Origin: Catajapyx aquilonaris
Taxonomy: Eukaryota
Length of the DNA: 47,921 nucleotides
Assembly: GCA_000934665.2 (NCBI GenBank)
Contig: KZ538855.1
Span: 1 to 47,921 of the forward strand
Reading direction: 5' to 3'
Shown: piece after piece, positions 20,325 to 35,000 of the stretch
Layout: each line of letters begins with the position of its first letter
How positions within the stretch are numbered: the stretch's first letter is position 1
Notes under the pieces: generated by a model
What the model saw: the letters and a program-made list of their open reading frames with translations, nothing else
What the model was told of the DNA's origin: nothing
The model's database searches: none
Translations under genes and position numbers: made by a program

Positions 20325-23043
20325 GGAGACACTGGCTTGCGAGTGGAATTTCGTCCCACGGTTCGCAGTAACTACCGGTGGGACGAAAATTCCACCTGTT
20401 GTTACTTATGTGGTATTACAGGTGTAGGTATAACTAGGTTGATATTTTTTCACAATTTATTGCTGGTAATATATACAGGAAAAAAATTTCATACTGTAAT
20501 AAAAGAGATCCGTTCTATCACTCGCTTTTTCTCCCCACACGTTACGTGCGTTTTTTTTCAAACTCACATGTTTTGAGGGGTGTTTACATACATACAGTAC
20601 ATACATACATACACATGTAATTTCCAAGAGGCTTATGTAGCAAGAGCATGTACATTATGCTACAGTGTAATTTACATGCAGCGACTTTTTTTTTTTCTTT
20701 CTTTCTTCATTTCGGTTCGGAGAAAGGGGAAGGGAGGAAATAGGTGCCCTTTGTTCGTTTCACATTCACACACATCGTTACACATGACATCGAAGTGTAC
20801 GTATTGTTTCTAGTAAACTGGAAAACTATAAAGACTTTTGACACTCAAATTTATTTACTTTTTTTTTTTTTTAAAGTGGAAGTTTGAAAGACGGGGGCCA
20901 TTAGCCCCCGTTTTTTTGTGCTTTAGACTTCATGTCTTTGTTTTCTACCATTGAACAGATTGGCTAAATTAGGAACTATTCAGGATAATAGTTTACCTGT
21001 GGGCAATTTTTCATTCATTACATTTCGTTGTAAATGAAAATTTGCTTGCGGAAAATTGCCCAAGAGAAACTATTTCTAGGGTTGTAAACACCGAGAAAAA
21101 AAAACAACTCCAGTTAATTCTACGCTTTTGCGAGAGAGACTGATATGTCTATTTACCCGATCTATTCCATTTTTTAAAAATTGGTTTCTATTATTCACGG
21201 CTCTAATAAATTAAAAGTAAAAGCTACGCAGTTCCTAACTGTTTGCAAGACACTGAAAAATTTGTGCAAGATTTTTTTTTTTCTTTCTCTAAGACAAATG
21301 GGAATGTTTCCATCACACAGATTTTCTTATTGTAGATTTCTACATGGATTCTATTAAGGTGTTAAAATAGATATCCATAAAAACTTTCTCTTTTTTTTTC
21401 TCTCTCTGAAAAGGACACTACATATAAAAAGCAGAAGCAATATATATATTTTTTCCCATCAGTTTCGCAAATCCTGATTTCATTTGAATTCCGTCAAAAG
21501 AATCAGGGCTTATTCCATGAGCGTCCTACAAAATTTGCTACTTTATTTGCGTGCATTAAGTTCTTTTGCTTTCACTGCAATCAGTCTTGTGCACTAATTT
21601 TCTAATTAAGCCTCAAAGTTTTTTTTTCATTTTTTTTCACTTTGTTATTTTTACTAGAAACAAGTACACTTTGTTGCTAAAAAATCTTTTTTTTTGTGTT
21701 GTTGTGCTAGGTTCATTCCTGGGATGAGTTATGCAGCACTTGTGGAGTTTCATAGCACTTTACGTTGCACATTTTTTTTGCAAAATGTCATGCTTTGTTA
21801 TTTCTGGAAAATATTACCGTTAATGAAACATGGAATTATCCGACCATTTTTTGGGCCTCGTTAAGAGCGAGAACGTGATTACAAGGGTCTTATATTTTGG
21901 GACTTTGCAGAATAAATATTCTGTCTGCTACTACATTACATCTGACTTGCAATGAAGTGTGCAAAATTACAGACAATGAAGAGGGGAGCAAAAAATTAAT
22001 AATTCTGTACATCATTTGATTCCTAATCGTCAATCTTTGGTACTATTTTTTTTTTAAATCCTGTAGTTTCCCTTTGGTTGTTGTTTTCAGAAATACGACC
22101 ATAGTGCTACATAATTATAAACCCTTGAAATTTTTACAGGTGCGCTTATCAAAACGTCAACCATGGTTCAAATTATGCTTCGAATTGCATTGCAGTAATA
22201 ACGGTTGACTTTATGACCCACACCCTCTTTTTTTCCCCCTTAAATATTACTTTTTGTAAAATCACTATAAACACGTAGAAAATGTTGGAATTAACTATGT
22301 ACAACTTTTTGTATGTGTGTGCAAGTGACTAAAAACAAAACCGCTCAAAAATTTGCAACGTTTGCATTGGTTAGTTGCCATATTTTTTTTGTAGCTGTCG
22401 TGTCTCTTTTTTTCAGTAAAAAAAACCCATCGTTTATTTTTTTTTAAACTTGCGGTTTCAAAAGTGTGACAATAATAGCCCTCCAACTTTCGAGAGGGTG
22501 GTTAAACGACAGCTGTAAAATGATAAATCCTACGATTTGCCACGTAAGACACGTTCAAGACACGCATGTCGTGTTTGTGAAAAGACCGTTAAAAACATGA
22601 CCGAAAATAATTCCACTCATTTTCTCCCGACAAAACGTTGCTGACTTTAAAAAGAAGACGAAGAAAAAAAAAAAAAAATCACCCACTTTCAACCATCTAA
22701 AAATCTTGACTTTTCTGGGAAATACCACCCATGTTCATAATGATGAAGAAGAAAAGGTTGGAACAAGTTGTCTTGGTAAATGCTGGCCATTTACAAGACG
22801 ACTCCTTGCAAACTGACTTGTTTCCAAGATGGCTCTTGATGACGACTTGACTGAAAAGAGACGCTACAGGGGCTGACGGAGGACTTTGAATGGTTTTGAT
22901 CGACAGGTCTCGATATTGGAAGAAGTGAAGGGAAGTCCACGGCACAGCAGGGAAGGGAAAGAAAAGCAAAAACCAATATGAACAGATAATCACAGTGTCT
23001 TCCATCGTTGCTTGTTGGGCCGGCCCTCCGGCCATAGTTTGGG

Positions 23044-26000
23044 TCAAATGGACCCAGGGCATGGAACCCACAATGTCTTTCGCTGCTCCTGGTCAACAGC
23101 AGTCTTCACTTGGGTGCACATGTACGCCACATTTACACCAGCCGGTATTACAGCTGAAAAACAACTCATGAGTATGCAGGTACAAAACGCTGACATGTGC
23201 GCTGGATATTGCGCTACTCTAACGTCAATTTACCGCCTGTTCTTATACTCAAAAGGAAGCAACTTTTTAATCTGCTTATGCACATGCTTGTATCTACGAA
23301 CAACACACTATGACCACAGTTTTCAGATATTTGCATATGCCAAAGTTGATTACTTTCATTGCCGACAATGACTCACCTGAGATGACATGCCTGTACTCAG
23401 ACTCAAGCTTATGGGCATGCTCGTACATCTCCTTAGCAGCCTTTGCCGACACCTTTTCTCCCAGGCATCGGGTGTCCTTGACCTCTCGGATCTGTTTAGG
23501 CGACTTGAACTTGATCAGGAGAACTATTGGGTAGATGTTATGGCGGTGAAGACGTTCCACTGCCATCATGTTCACATCCAATATGCAGTGCTGGTTCTGA
23601 AAAATTGCCTTTGTTTATGTTTGAGTATGTCGTAATCCTAATTCAAATCATTTTCATTTGGACTAACCTATACCCTGAAGTAAATGACAAGACACAGTGC
23701 ATATGTTATTTACCTTTTCGCATATCTTCCTGACTGCTGCGATGGTGGTGCATTCCAGATGGTTTCCTTTCCTCCTATAATCCACAAAGACGTTCTCAGC
23801 CATCCCCTTGTCCAGAATAGCTGGTGCACAGTGCATGACTTCTGGCATACAGCGGGAGAATTTGGTGGGAAAGTCTTGGGACAGCTTGTCAGCCACACAC
23901 TCTGACAGTGGTCCGACTATCAGGACAGGCCTCAAAACCAGATCTGGAAGGAATGACAACACAGTGAGATACAAATACACTCATTAAACAATGTGGTTTG
24001 CATTTGAATTAACATATGAGACGACACTACATCCAGGGAGTCCCCGGTTTACGAACAACCCGACTTACGGCGATCCGTACTTACTAACGGGATCCTAAGG
24101 CTCGCCAGGAGGCTAATTTATAATTATCCTTCCACTTTCAATCACTTCTGCATACGTTAACAAGTTCAGCATAAATACTGCACAATTAAAAAATAATTGG
24201 GAAACAAACACACATGTAAGCAGTTCGTTGGAGCTATATTGTGTACATGTGTCGTTCCTAAGAGATCCAAGGTACGTACAATTCCGACTTAGACATTTTC
24301 GTTCGTACACCAGGGACTACCGGTATTGTACGTTTCTCTGCAACACTCAAGGTAACAAACAGTGAGTGTAACTCACAGTCAAGTCGTTCAACCCTCTGGT
24401 ATGAGCAAAGAGGTTCTTGCGACTCCGGCAGCAGTGCTCCTGAAGAGTCCCCTGAGTAGGAGGAGTTGATGGAGACGTCCGAGAAGCTGGCCAGCTCCTT
24501 GGAGTCTCTAGAAGAGCTGCGCTGGTGCTTCTTACGGCGGAAGAAGCTACGGCGAGCCAGAGTGGACCCCCTGCGCGAGGACCCTCCGCCACTGCCACCT
24601 TCTCCGTTGCCACCACCACCGTCGAGGTCACCCACACTACGCTTGAGGACCAGGTCTTCCTCAACTCTGATCAGGATAAGGAATTATGTCAGCAAACATT
24701 GTGCTGAAGATGCACGAAAATTTGGACTCACTTGTACTTGCTCGGGATGGCCCCCCAGTGCCTCCTGAGCCCATCCTCATCCACTCTCCAGGCCCTCCAG
24801 TGCCCAGGAACCCCGTTGAACATGGTGTTGTCCACAAAGAGGATGTCATCCTTCCGGAAGCGCAGCTGCATAGCTTCACCTCCTCCCGAATCCAGCATGC
24901 GGTCAAACAGGGCACGGACGTAGAAACCATCCCCGGGCTGGTCTTTGATCTCGTTATAGCCTGCCAACGAACAGAGAGTTAAGCACAAATTCAACGCTTA
25001 CAAAATAGTCACAGTAAATGGAGAACGTACGGTCAATGTTGTACTGTGCCAAGATGGTGACCTTGTCGGCAGGTTTGGCCAACTCGTACGCTGCTTCCTC
25101 AGCCGTTGCTCTTCGCAGGTTGATACCATTGTACTCCAGGATCTGGTCGCCAGTCCTAGAAGCAGCCGCAATTAACAACTGATTCTCATTCTGAACAGTG
25201 ACAGGCATACCTTAGGCCAGCATTGTGGGCTGGTGACTCGGTCTGCACACTGTGGATGAAGATGCCAACTGCATTCCCTCCAACCAGACTGATGCCCAGG
25301 TTACTCGCCTTTTTGGTCTCCAGTAGAGCATATCGAGGTTCATACGGAGGAGGAGAGGAGGATTTCTCCACACTGAAGGATTAGAACACATCTCGATCAT
25401 TATGGTTCACACATGGCATCTGATTCGTAAGTAAGCCGTAACAATACTTCACATGAGATGTATCAATGGTAGAAAATGGTTGATAAGTGAGGTCTTATTT
25501 AATTAAAATATGTGACTACACTGTACAGTACAGTGAACTTATTAAAATAAGGTGTCAATCATTTCAATCTCACCTGTTCGAAGCCCCTTGCCTGGACAGA
25601 TTGGCCACAGCCTGACTGATCTGATGCCTGGTGAGTGTTCCGTGAGCTGATGACTGATGCTGCAGGTGCGTGTCCAGTGGGGCCCTCAGTGTGGAGGCCT
25701 CAGAGTTAGGTGGGAGGTCATCCAGCTCCAAGGGTGCTGGGTTTCTGGTCGGTTTTGGAGAGTTGCAAGGTGTTGGCGATCCGGATCTCGAGTGGTGGTG
25801 AGACCTTCCCGGAGGCCCATCTCCACTGCCGCTCCTGCTCCTGCTGCCGCTCCCTAAGCTGCCTCCGCTTCTTCCTCCGCTCCTGCCTCCACTGCTGCTG
25901 CTACTGCTGCTGCTACTGGCGCTATCCTCAAGTTCGTGGTATTCTAGTTGAAACATTGACAAGATATTAGTCTTTATGGCTTACACCACAGTACCTGTCA

Positions 26001-29000
26001 ATGAAACAAAACGATGAACATTACTTACTGTCAGGACTATATTGCACCAGCATCGTGATGGTATCGCCACACTGTCTGAGTACACTTGCGGCCAAGTCAT
26101 ACGTAGCACTCCTCAAGTTGATCCCGCACACTTCCAAGAGCTGGTCCCCAACCTGCAGGAAATAAATTGTCAATATCAAACAGAATTTAGCGACATAATG
26201 CAAGCACATACCTGCAATCCAACCTGTGAGGCGAGGCTGTGCTGACTGACAGACGACACAAAGACTCCTCCAGTTTCAAGGCATGAGATCTGGATGCCTA
26301 GGGGTTCAGATGACTTGTCAATGTGCACACGTCTCAGCTGGCCAGGGGTAGGTCTAAAAAAATATTTCATACAAACATATTCATTGACGAAGGCAGGAAA
26401 TACATGAACAAAGAGCTGCAGAGTAATTGTTGCAGACGTCAGTGTTCAAATAATGTCAAATACAACAGATATTTACACCAGTACAAACTTCAGTTTGGTA
26501 ACGTTACTCGTGCAACTACATTTTTGCACACTTATTACTACCGGTCACGACACTTACTTCTTGGACCATGCGCAGTCTGTGAATGATGCCCTTCCGCCAC
26601 CATCGACCATCCTCCCTGGGTTGAGGATTTCCACATGAAAATTTGACATGGGACTCCCTCTCTCGCTGCATCTCCCTCCACCTCCCATGCCTCCTCCTCC
26701 TCCCCCACTCATCATCACCATTCCGCCCCCTTCGATGCTCCCAGTTGAAACGTGCCCAGCGCTACTCTTGCTGGTGACACTCTGGTTGGAAGGGATCCTA
26801 ATCCTCTGGTGCTCCTTTTTTCTTGGGAAAGTCCCTCCCTCGTAGTGGTGGTGGTAAGGAGGGGACGAGGAGGACAGGATAATGTCCTCCTGCCGGCGGT
26901 ACTGGGAATGAGGATGGGAGGAAGAGGACGACGATGAAAGACCTGATGGGCGCTTGTTGTGGTAGTGAAGCTCTATTGACGGGGATGGCGAATGGTGGTA
27001 ACCCTATGGATAAAACAAAAACATATCGTTACAGCTAAGTCAAAATCAAACAAATAATTTACGTAACCTGTTTTAGGTACATGCTCTAATGAGAGCCCAA
27101 ATATGGCGACAGTGAATGAAGAAGAAAAACTATGTTCCTCTCATTATTTGACATCTGGACTGCTTACAAGTATAGCGGAATAGAAGACATGCTAAACACT
27201 GTGGTTATACAGGATGTAACAAAACTAACTCCTTAATATCCTAATGTGGTTATAATTACACTGGTGGAAAATAGTGATCATACCAACATGTGTAGTCTGA
27301 GTTGGAATATCTAGCACACGTTAAGAGCCAACGAAAGTCAAATAAAATATTACTTCATAATTTTAATCCAAATTTTTAAATTGTAAGATCAGTGTTTATT
27401 GTATTGGAGAGTTATTAAGTGCAATTAACTGTGACTGAAGTGCACTGTACTCCCGATTATCTGGGCTAACGACTGCACAGGTGTCGCCAGATAAAAGGAA
27501 AACATGGATAATTAGAGACTGGTTCTATAGTAAACCGTAAAATTGAGCTATGCGCTAGATAATCGGGAGTACAGTGTATATCTGGCAGGATATACACACT
27601 ACCATATATTGAAATGACATACATTTCAAGAGTTACTTTTGTTACAACCTGTACGGTCCTCCAGGTTAGAATGAGAGTTGTCTGGTTAGTACCTTTTTCT
27701 GCCAAACGTGCATGCAAGGCCAACTGACCTGCGTGGGGCTGTAAGGTGGGTCGAAGCAGTATGACCTTGCATCTCTACCCTCAGGTGACGACAAGATACT
27801 CTCCCCACTTTGCGATGCGGGTAATGGAGACGGGAAAGAATACCTGGGACTAGAAGTCAGTGAGAGCGGTGCCAATGGAAGTGGCATTGCTGCCGAGGAG
27901 TGCTGGTGATGCGGATGAGGGTGTTGGTGTCCCATGGTGAATGGGTAATGCGGGAGTGAGAGTGGAGAGCGGACCAGGGAAGGATGGACAGTGTTGGGCA
28001 TGTAGAACTGCGAGTGCATGCGGGAGTGGTGGGTGCCTCCACCTCCCTTCCCTCCTTCCACAGGAGACGCATTGCTTTCCGAGTCACTCTGGGAGTGCTT
28101 GTTGCGGCGGTTCTTCACATAATACTCCAGCTCCTCCTTGCCCACTTTGCCTGACTTGACTGAGAGGTCGATGCTTGTGGTGCTGAGGCAGTCGTTGCCT
28201 ACACAGTGACATACAGGTAAGATTCACATAACGACCATGGGCTAATCCATTCTCACCTTTGGGAACCCCTCCATCAAATGACTTGTACAACACGTAGGCT
28301 GGATTCCCCACATTGTAGTTCTGTGACTGGCTGTATGAAGGTGGTCCCCTCAGATCCATGGCATAGTCGGGTGGTGGAGGGGGTACAGCTCCAGCTGGCA
28401 GAAGGTGCGGGTGGGCGTACTTCCCATTCGTGCTGCCCGGGTCATGTCCAGTCCAGAGCACTGACAAGGGTACTCGCTCCTTGTTGTGTCGCCGGGAGTG
28501 AACCACTGTGCCCATAGCTGCATGGCCGACAACCACGACTGGAGGACCAGACGATCGGCACTTTGGCCAAGTCCCAACATTCTTCTCCAGTTCGCGGTCG
28601 CGGCTGCGGCGTGTGCGCTTGGAGCTGCTTCCGCCTGTCTTTGGTCTGAGGAGAGGTTAATCCAGTTTCAGCTTAAGTACGTAATTACTTACATAGACAC
28701 AGTATGAGTAACGATAGCATGAGCAGACCTGTAGCTATTAATGACTGAATCCAGTTCGTTGAGTGCATCATCCTTCTCCCTCTCAAATGGAGTTGGTGAG
28801 GACAACTCAGAACTAGTAGGGGACATGATATGCTGGATCTGCTGCTGCGACACACTCTGCTGGGCCTGCTGTTGTTGCTGCTGCTGTTGTTGCTGTTGCT
28901 TGTTCTTGCCTTGCTGCCGCCTGCCCCTGACAATGTCGATCTTCTCCCGCAGCATCTCCCAAGGGCCGCTCTGATGAGGCTTCTCCATTCCACGCAGTAC

Positions 29001-32000
29001 CTGAAGCACATTAGTATCGTCATCAATGCGCAAAATCTCAAATAAACTGTTGGCGAATAATTGTGACTTCTCTTCCTTAGTACCTTGTAACCAGGAGAGG
29101 AAGATGAACTGGAAGGTGATGGCTTGGGATCCTCCGTCTGAGCACTGCTATGAATTAGCTTCCTTAGAACGAGCTCCCTGCTCCCCTGCTGCTTGGAGGA
29201 TGACGACGACAAGGAATCCTTTGCAGGTGACTTTGGAGACTTTGGTGAAGGGCGTCGTTCCCCACCAGCACGGTCATCTTCAGTTATGTTGTGACCAGAG
29301 GACGAGGAACTAAGCGGTGCAGAAGGAGGGTTGACAGACTTGAGTATGGTCAGCATCAGGGAGTCCCCAGATTCTTCTAGTAGCATCATAGCCTCCTGAG
29401 CAGTGCGGATGCAGTCCAGTGGACGACCATTTATCTGGAAAGGCACACAATGCAATATTAAACATTGAAGGGATTAAAATGCCACTAACAAGCAGAGCAG
29501 GGTGAATATAATTCAGTGAACCAACACATTAACTCCGCGTTTACGAGCGAGCAATTTGATAGGCCATGTTGCAGCTATGACATCGCTGAGAGAAAGTAAC
29601 AATATATTTTCGCCACAAACAATTGGTCTCATCGCTGCAACATCGTTGATCAAATAGCTTGCATGTAAACGCAGATTAAAGCCCCAGTTATTCATAATTT
29701 CTACCTTCCAAGTTAACTTTGAACTTACGCCATCGTTAACTACCAACCTTCATACAATCTTCCTTTAGATAGGCTGTCGTATTAACTACAAGTGTCCAAC
29801 CAAGAGCATGCAAAATTAACAAAGCCTCGACTCACACTGAGAACTCGATCCCCGACAGCAAGGCTGCCCTCCTTGGCCGCCACTGATCCCGGCGTGATCT
29901 TGGAAATGTAGATCCCAGACTCCAGTGTGAGTCCATGCTCCTGGCCCGCACCCAGCTGAAGCTACATTGTTAACGAGATTTAAGGAGGGAGGGGGATCAT
30001 TCTTAATCATAACAAGTTCACTCCCAAACCCCAAGTGTGTCTTTTGTTATTCTTTCTGGCCATCACAAAAAAGTAACAATAGATCAGAGCTGTACCTGAA
30101 GTCTTCGCGCAACTTGAAAATAAGTCGAATCATTCATTTTCACATAATCTGCATACTAATTTGTAAAATGACTAGTTTTAAATGTGATATATTACAATGA
30201 ATATATTGTATTACAATAGTATAAATGGAGTACATTATTTAAGTCAGGATGTTCCATGAGAAACGAAGGGACTGTCAAGTCGCACAGAATGAGCTTAGAC
30301 AATCGCTAAATGTAATCCGAGTCCCCTTTTCCCCAATCGGAAAAGTTGTGATTGCCAAGTGTGGAGCACTCTTTCCTATCACAAAATTCAATATGAGTAA
30401 TCCATCATGGCTTTCCAAAACAACTGCTTACAACTTGTTACATAATAATAATAATTCGAGTACCAAAACAATATTTCAAAAATGCAGCGTGCTTTTGCTA
30501 AATTGCAAATTGTCTTCGATCAATTACACCAAACCCTAGTACAATTCAACTGCATACAGTTCATATGCACCTGCAAAATTAATTCCCTTTGTTTGGATAT
30601 GTGTATTTTTTTTGCTTTCGAGACAACTGACACCCTCCCAAAAATCCCACGTTAACTACAAGAAAGCTAACACATTGCCTACACTATACAAAAAAAGTGG
30701 CCTAATGTCCTACGCCAACTTCCACTTGTACAAAAAACTGCTTACTGTACACAAACATATTTTTACTTACATACTTTTCCTATTCGTTAGAAGTGCAAAG
30801 CAAATGATTTTGACTGTTAAGTTCCCTTCAAAAATTCTAAACACAAGTCACAAACTACTGCCTTCCTCTAAATTAGTTTCCTTCTGCCCAAGTGTGTCAA
30901 GTTTTTCTTTTGAAGGTGCGATTTTTTAAAAACTGGAAAAAAAACCTGGTCGTTTCTTACCTGTGTTGTGTAGAGGCATTTCCCTCCCACTCTCCTCCTC
31001 CTGACAACAATGTTGAGAGTACCAGTGCTAGACCTGGCCGCCTCCATCACAACCCGTTTGTCCATGTTGGCGCAATCAAGGTTATTCATTCGGAGGATGC
31101 AGTCGTTGATTCTGAATCGAAAATAATTACTGTTAAGTCAAGATGCATGCGACTAAATCCACCACTGCAGTTGGGCCTAGTTTAATTTTTGAGAAGCGAA
31201 TATACAATATAACACTAAGAACATACTTGAGCATTCCATCAGCTGCACTCCCTTTAATGATGGAAGACACGTATATCCCACCATCATTTGGATAATGGGG
31301 GTCATCCTTTCCACCCGAGAGGTCAAAGCCCAGGTCTTCATCTGAGGTCACACCACTCTGCCAAATGAGCATGAGACATGAACAAAAGGAATCCAATAGC
31401 AATATAAAGTCAAAAGGAATATTTACCAGGTCAATTTCCAGGGTTTCAGTCTCCCACTCTTGCATGTCCGTGTCAATCGCAGAGTCACGACTGTGGTTGT
31501 GGCTTATGGTTTGTAGCTGCTTCATGCGAGACTCCTTCTCAAGATGGGCTTCCATTTTCTCCCTGATGACATGCCATAAATAATTAGTTATGAGGCAATG
31601 TGTATTACTTGAGATGTCACTTTGCGTTCACAAACTATTTTTGTCATTTATTATGTGGGGTTAGCAAGACATGAAGTTCACAACGTACTTGAGCTCTTTG
31701 AGTTCCTTCGAAGCCTCATTCCTCTGCTTCTTGATGTCATCTGAATCTCTAAGAGCTTCTGCTAAATCCGAGACGGCCCTATCCCTCTCTCTTCTGAGTT
31801 TGTCGCAAAGAGTGCGTATGCTCTCCCTCTCCAGTACGATCTTGTCTCGCTCGCTGAAAGCCCAGTCTCTCCTTCGCTTGGACACTTCTGCCTCCTGGAT
31901 TGCTTCTACATTTTTTTGGTGTTGGAAAAAGAAGACTTATGAACATGACGCCAAACATGAAGTTTCACTCCCAAATTGTTTTCCTACTGAAAACTGCCTA

Positions 32001-35000
32001 CGTGACTGTTCTAGCTGATGTCAGTGCCTTCTGCACAAGTAATAGGACATCCGAATCATGCAGCATGCTCTTAATCAAAAATTCCCTTTGCTAATTGTGC
32101 AAAAAAGATGAGACAGTGAAATCAGAAAAAATAGCATTCCAATACCCAAAGGAAACAGCGAGATGAAAGAGAAGCCGAAATATTCACCTGGCTTGCCTGT
32201 GCCTGTATTCTTACTCGGGTATATAGTCCACATGACTTGGATAAGAGAAAAGAGATGGGAGAGAAAAAAGAAATACGGAAAAAAGAAGGCATGCTTCCAT
32301 TAAGTTTTCAGTGCTCTCTCTCTTAATTTTCTTTCCTAAGTCATGTGTTCATTGAAACTTAAGCATGGATGGTTATCACGTTTCAGAAGTACTTCGCTTG
32401 GTTAAATAAGTTAGGTGTATTTACAAAGGTTATTGTGGCATAATCTACATGATGATAATTCAGTGTACTATACATACTTAATTACACCCTTTTATAAGCC
32501 AATTTATGTACAGTTACTCTAATTCACAGTCGCAGCCAAAGTGTGTGAGAGTAAATCTGGTAACCAATAGTTAGGAGCTGACCAACTCGTGTTACGACTC
32601 ATGTATGCAGGATTGTCAGAAAGTCACGTGGACTTGTCCGGAGTGAATTAGATAATATGAGAATGCACAGCGGTACTTTCATTAGCAAGTAATCTGCACG
32701 ACAGCTTCGTGAATCATTATCTGGAAGGCTGGCTTGGAAAAGAATGTCTGTCTGGAACCGAAAGGCATCTGACTCGGAAATGTCTGATAGCACTGTCCTA
32801 AATACCTTTCATTCTTCTACCTGCTTGTGATTTCGTCAAGACATTTTCATAAGCCTGATCTAATGCTGCATGCCATTTAATACTTTCTCGGCCTTCAGTT
32901 TGGCAAAGAATTAAGCTCCAGAATGATTTGGCAAAACTTTCAGACAATCCTATGCACCATGATGCCTATGTTACCCAAGCAAAAATTGCACCACCACCTT
33001 TTCATAACATTTAGACTGGTAAACTTCCTACAAGTGTGAGGTCATAATAATACAACAGCAAAATTCTAAAGTTCCAGTTGTTATTGAATTTGTTTAACTC
33101 TCTTTAGTGATGTTTCAACTCACCCTGAAGCTCTGTCTGAAGTTTCTCCACTTGCTTCCTGAGGCGATCAATCTCTTGATTGGCCTGATCCAAATTGTCC
33201 ACCTTCTCCTTGGAGCCCTTGCCGTGAAGTTCTCGGGTGCTGCTGGAGTCCTCCGAGCTGTCCTTATTGGAAGTGTCCCTTGAAAAATGACATGAAATTG
33301 TATGTTTAGCAATTTCGTAACACAACAACAACATGCAATAACATTAATTGCACTTACTTCTCCCTGTAGGCATCATACTCCTGCCTGTTCTTGTGGTTCT
33401 CCTTTCCTGCCTCCTCTTTGCTCGTGTACTCGCCAAACTTCTCCCTGAGGTCATTGCACTCCTTTAAAGCCTTATCCCTGTCGTGCAGCGAAGATGAAAT
33501 TTCTCGCTTCAAAGTCTCAATTTGGTATGCCAATGTCTTCTTCTGCAAAGACATTTCAAGTGCAACTGTTAAAACCACACAACTAAATGCATTTCCCCTG
33601 CCACCATATTACAGCTAAGGTGTTGCTTATAAAAGTGCAGAAGTTTCTCACTCACCTCCTCGGAGAATTCTTTGTTCTTGGTCTCTATCAATTTGATCTT
33701 TTTTGAGGCCTGCATCAAGTCGTCAGTGAGCTTCTCCATTTCCTTATGCACCGTATCCCTCTCCCCCATGACCAGCGAGTACTCATGCATGGCTGCGTTT
33801 CTTTCCTCAGTCAGCCGCTTCATGTCCTTACTTGCTTTGATTCTTACAGCCATTGCTTGGTTTATCTCCTTCACTGCTTCCTCGTGCTGCTGCTGCACCT
33901 GTATTAGCAGAACAAAACGTGCTTGTTACACTACAGATTGTTACAGGGTATACCAATTCAATATTGCAAAAATATTAGAGATTCTGACCTTTGTAAGTGC
34001 GTCTTTGTACTCATTGCGCTCCCTGAGGGCTGTGTCCCACTGTCGGATTGCAGCTGTGCACTGCTGTTTAAGGCCATTCCTCTCACGTATGGCTGAATTT
34101 CTTTCTTGGACAACCTCATCATATTGCTTCTTAATGCGCCCTAACTCTTCCTGCAAGAAAGACGAAATGTAGTAATGCATCTTGTTTATGCTCTGCCACT
34201 CACTAGATACTGCATCACACAAAAAAGATTGAGAAGATTATGAATTACGGCAATATTGCTTTTCAAACAAATCATGTGAAACTCACCTTTGCTAAATCCA
34301 ACTTGCTCATTGCTTCTGAGTGCGATCCATGAAGATCGGCATACCTATCCCTGAGCGAAGTATAGTCATCCTTAATAGTCTCATATTTCTGCAGAGTAGC
34401 TATGTACAGGTTCATTGTCTCACTGGGTCCTTTGTCCGCATTCATTGCCTCCTGAGCACATTAGAAATTAATGATAATAATATGCGTCCAAAAATGTAGC
34501 TACAAGCCGAGGTACCTGCTGCTGTCTCCTTAGCTCGGCCACCTCCTTTCTATCCTCCTCCTGAAATCTCTGCAAGCTCTTCAACTGCTGGTCAACTCTC
34601 TGCTTCTCCGCCAGGATCTCATTGTACTTTGATCTTAGTGTAGAAGAGTCTCTGTCCATTGCCTCCATTCTTGCAAGGGTTGCCCGCTGCTGGTTGCGGT
34701 AGAATTCGGACTCCTTAACTGCCTGATCACACTTCCTCAGAGTCTCATTATGCTGCCTGAAATCATATTTCAGTTTGTTAATAATGCGGGAGTGTGTTTA
34801 TAATGAGGCTTGGAGCAAATGTCTAATTATGTAACAGTCCTATTACCGTCTTAGGATCTGAAGTTCATGCATAGCTCTCTCACACTGCTCCTTCAGTCCA
34901 TCATAATCACGTGCTGCAGTTGCTGAGAGGCTCCTATCACTGGTGGACACTGGGTAGCTGCGTGAAAGTGTACCTGAAATGACAATAGCTTTCAGTAGTA

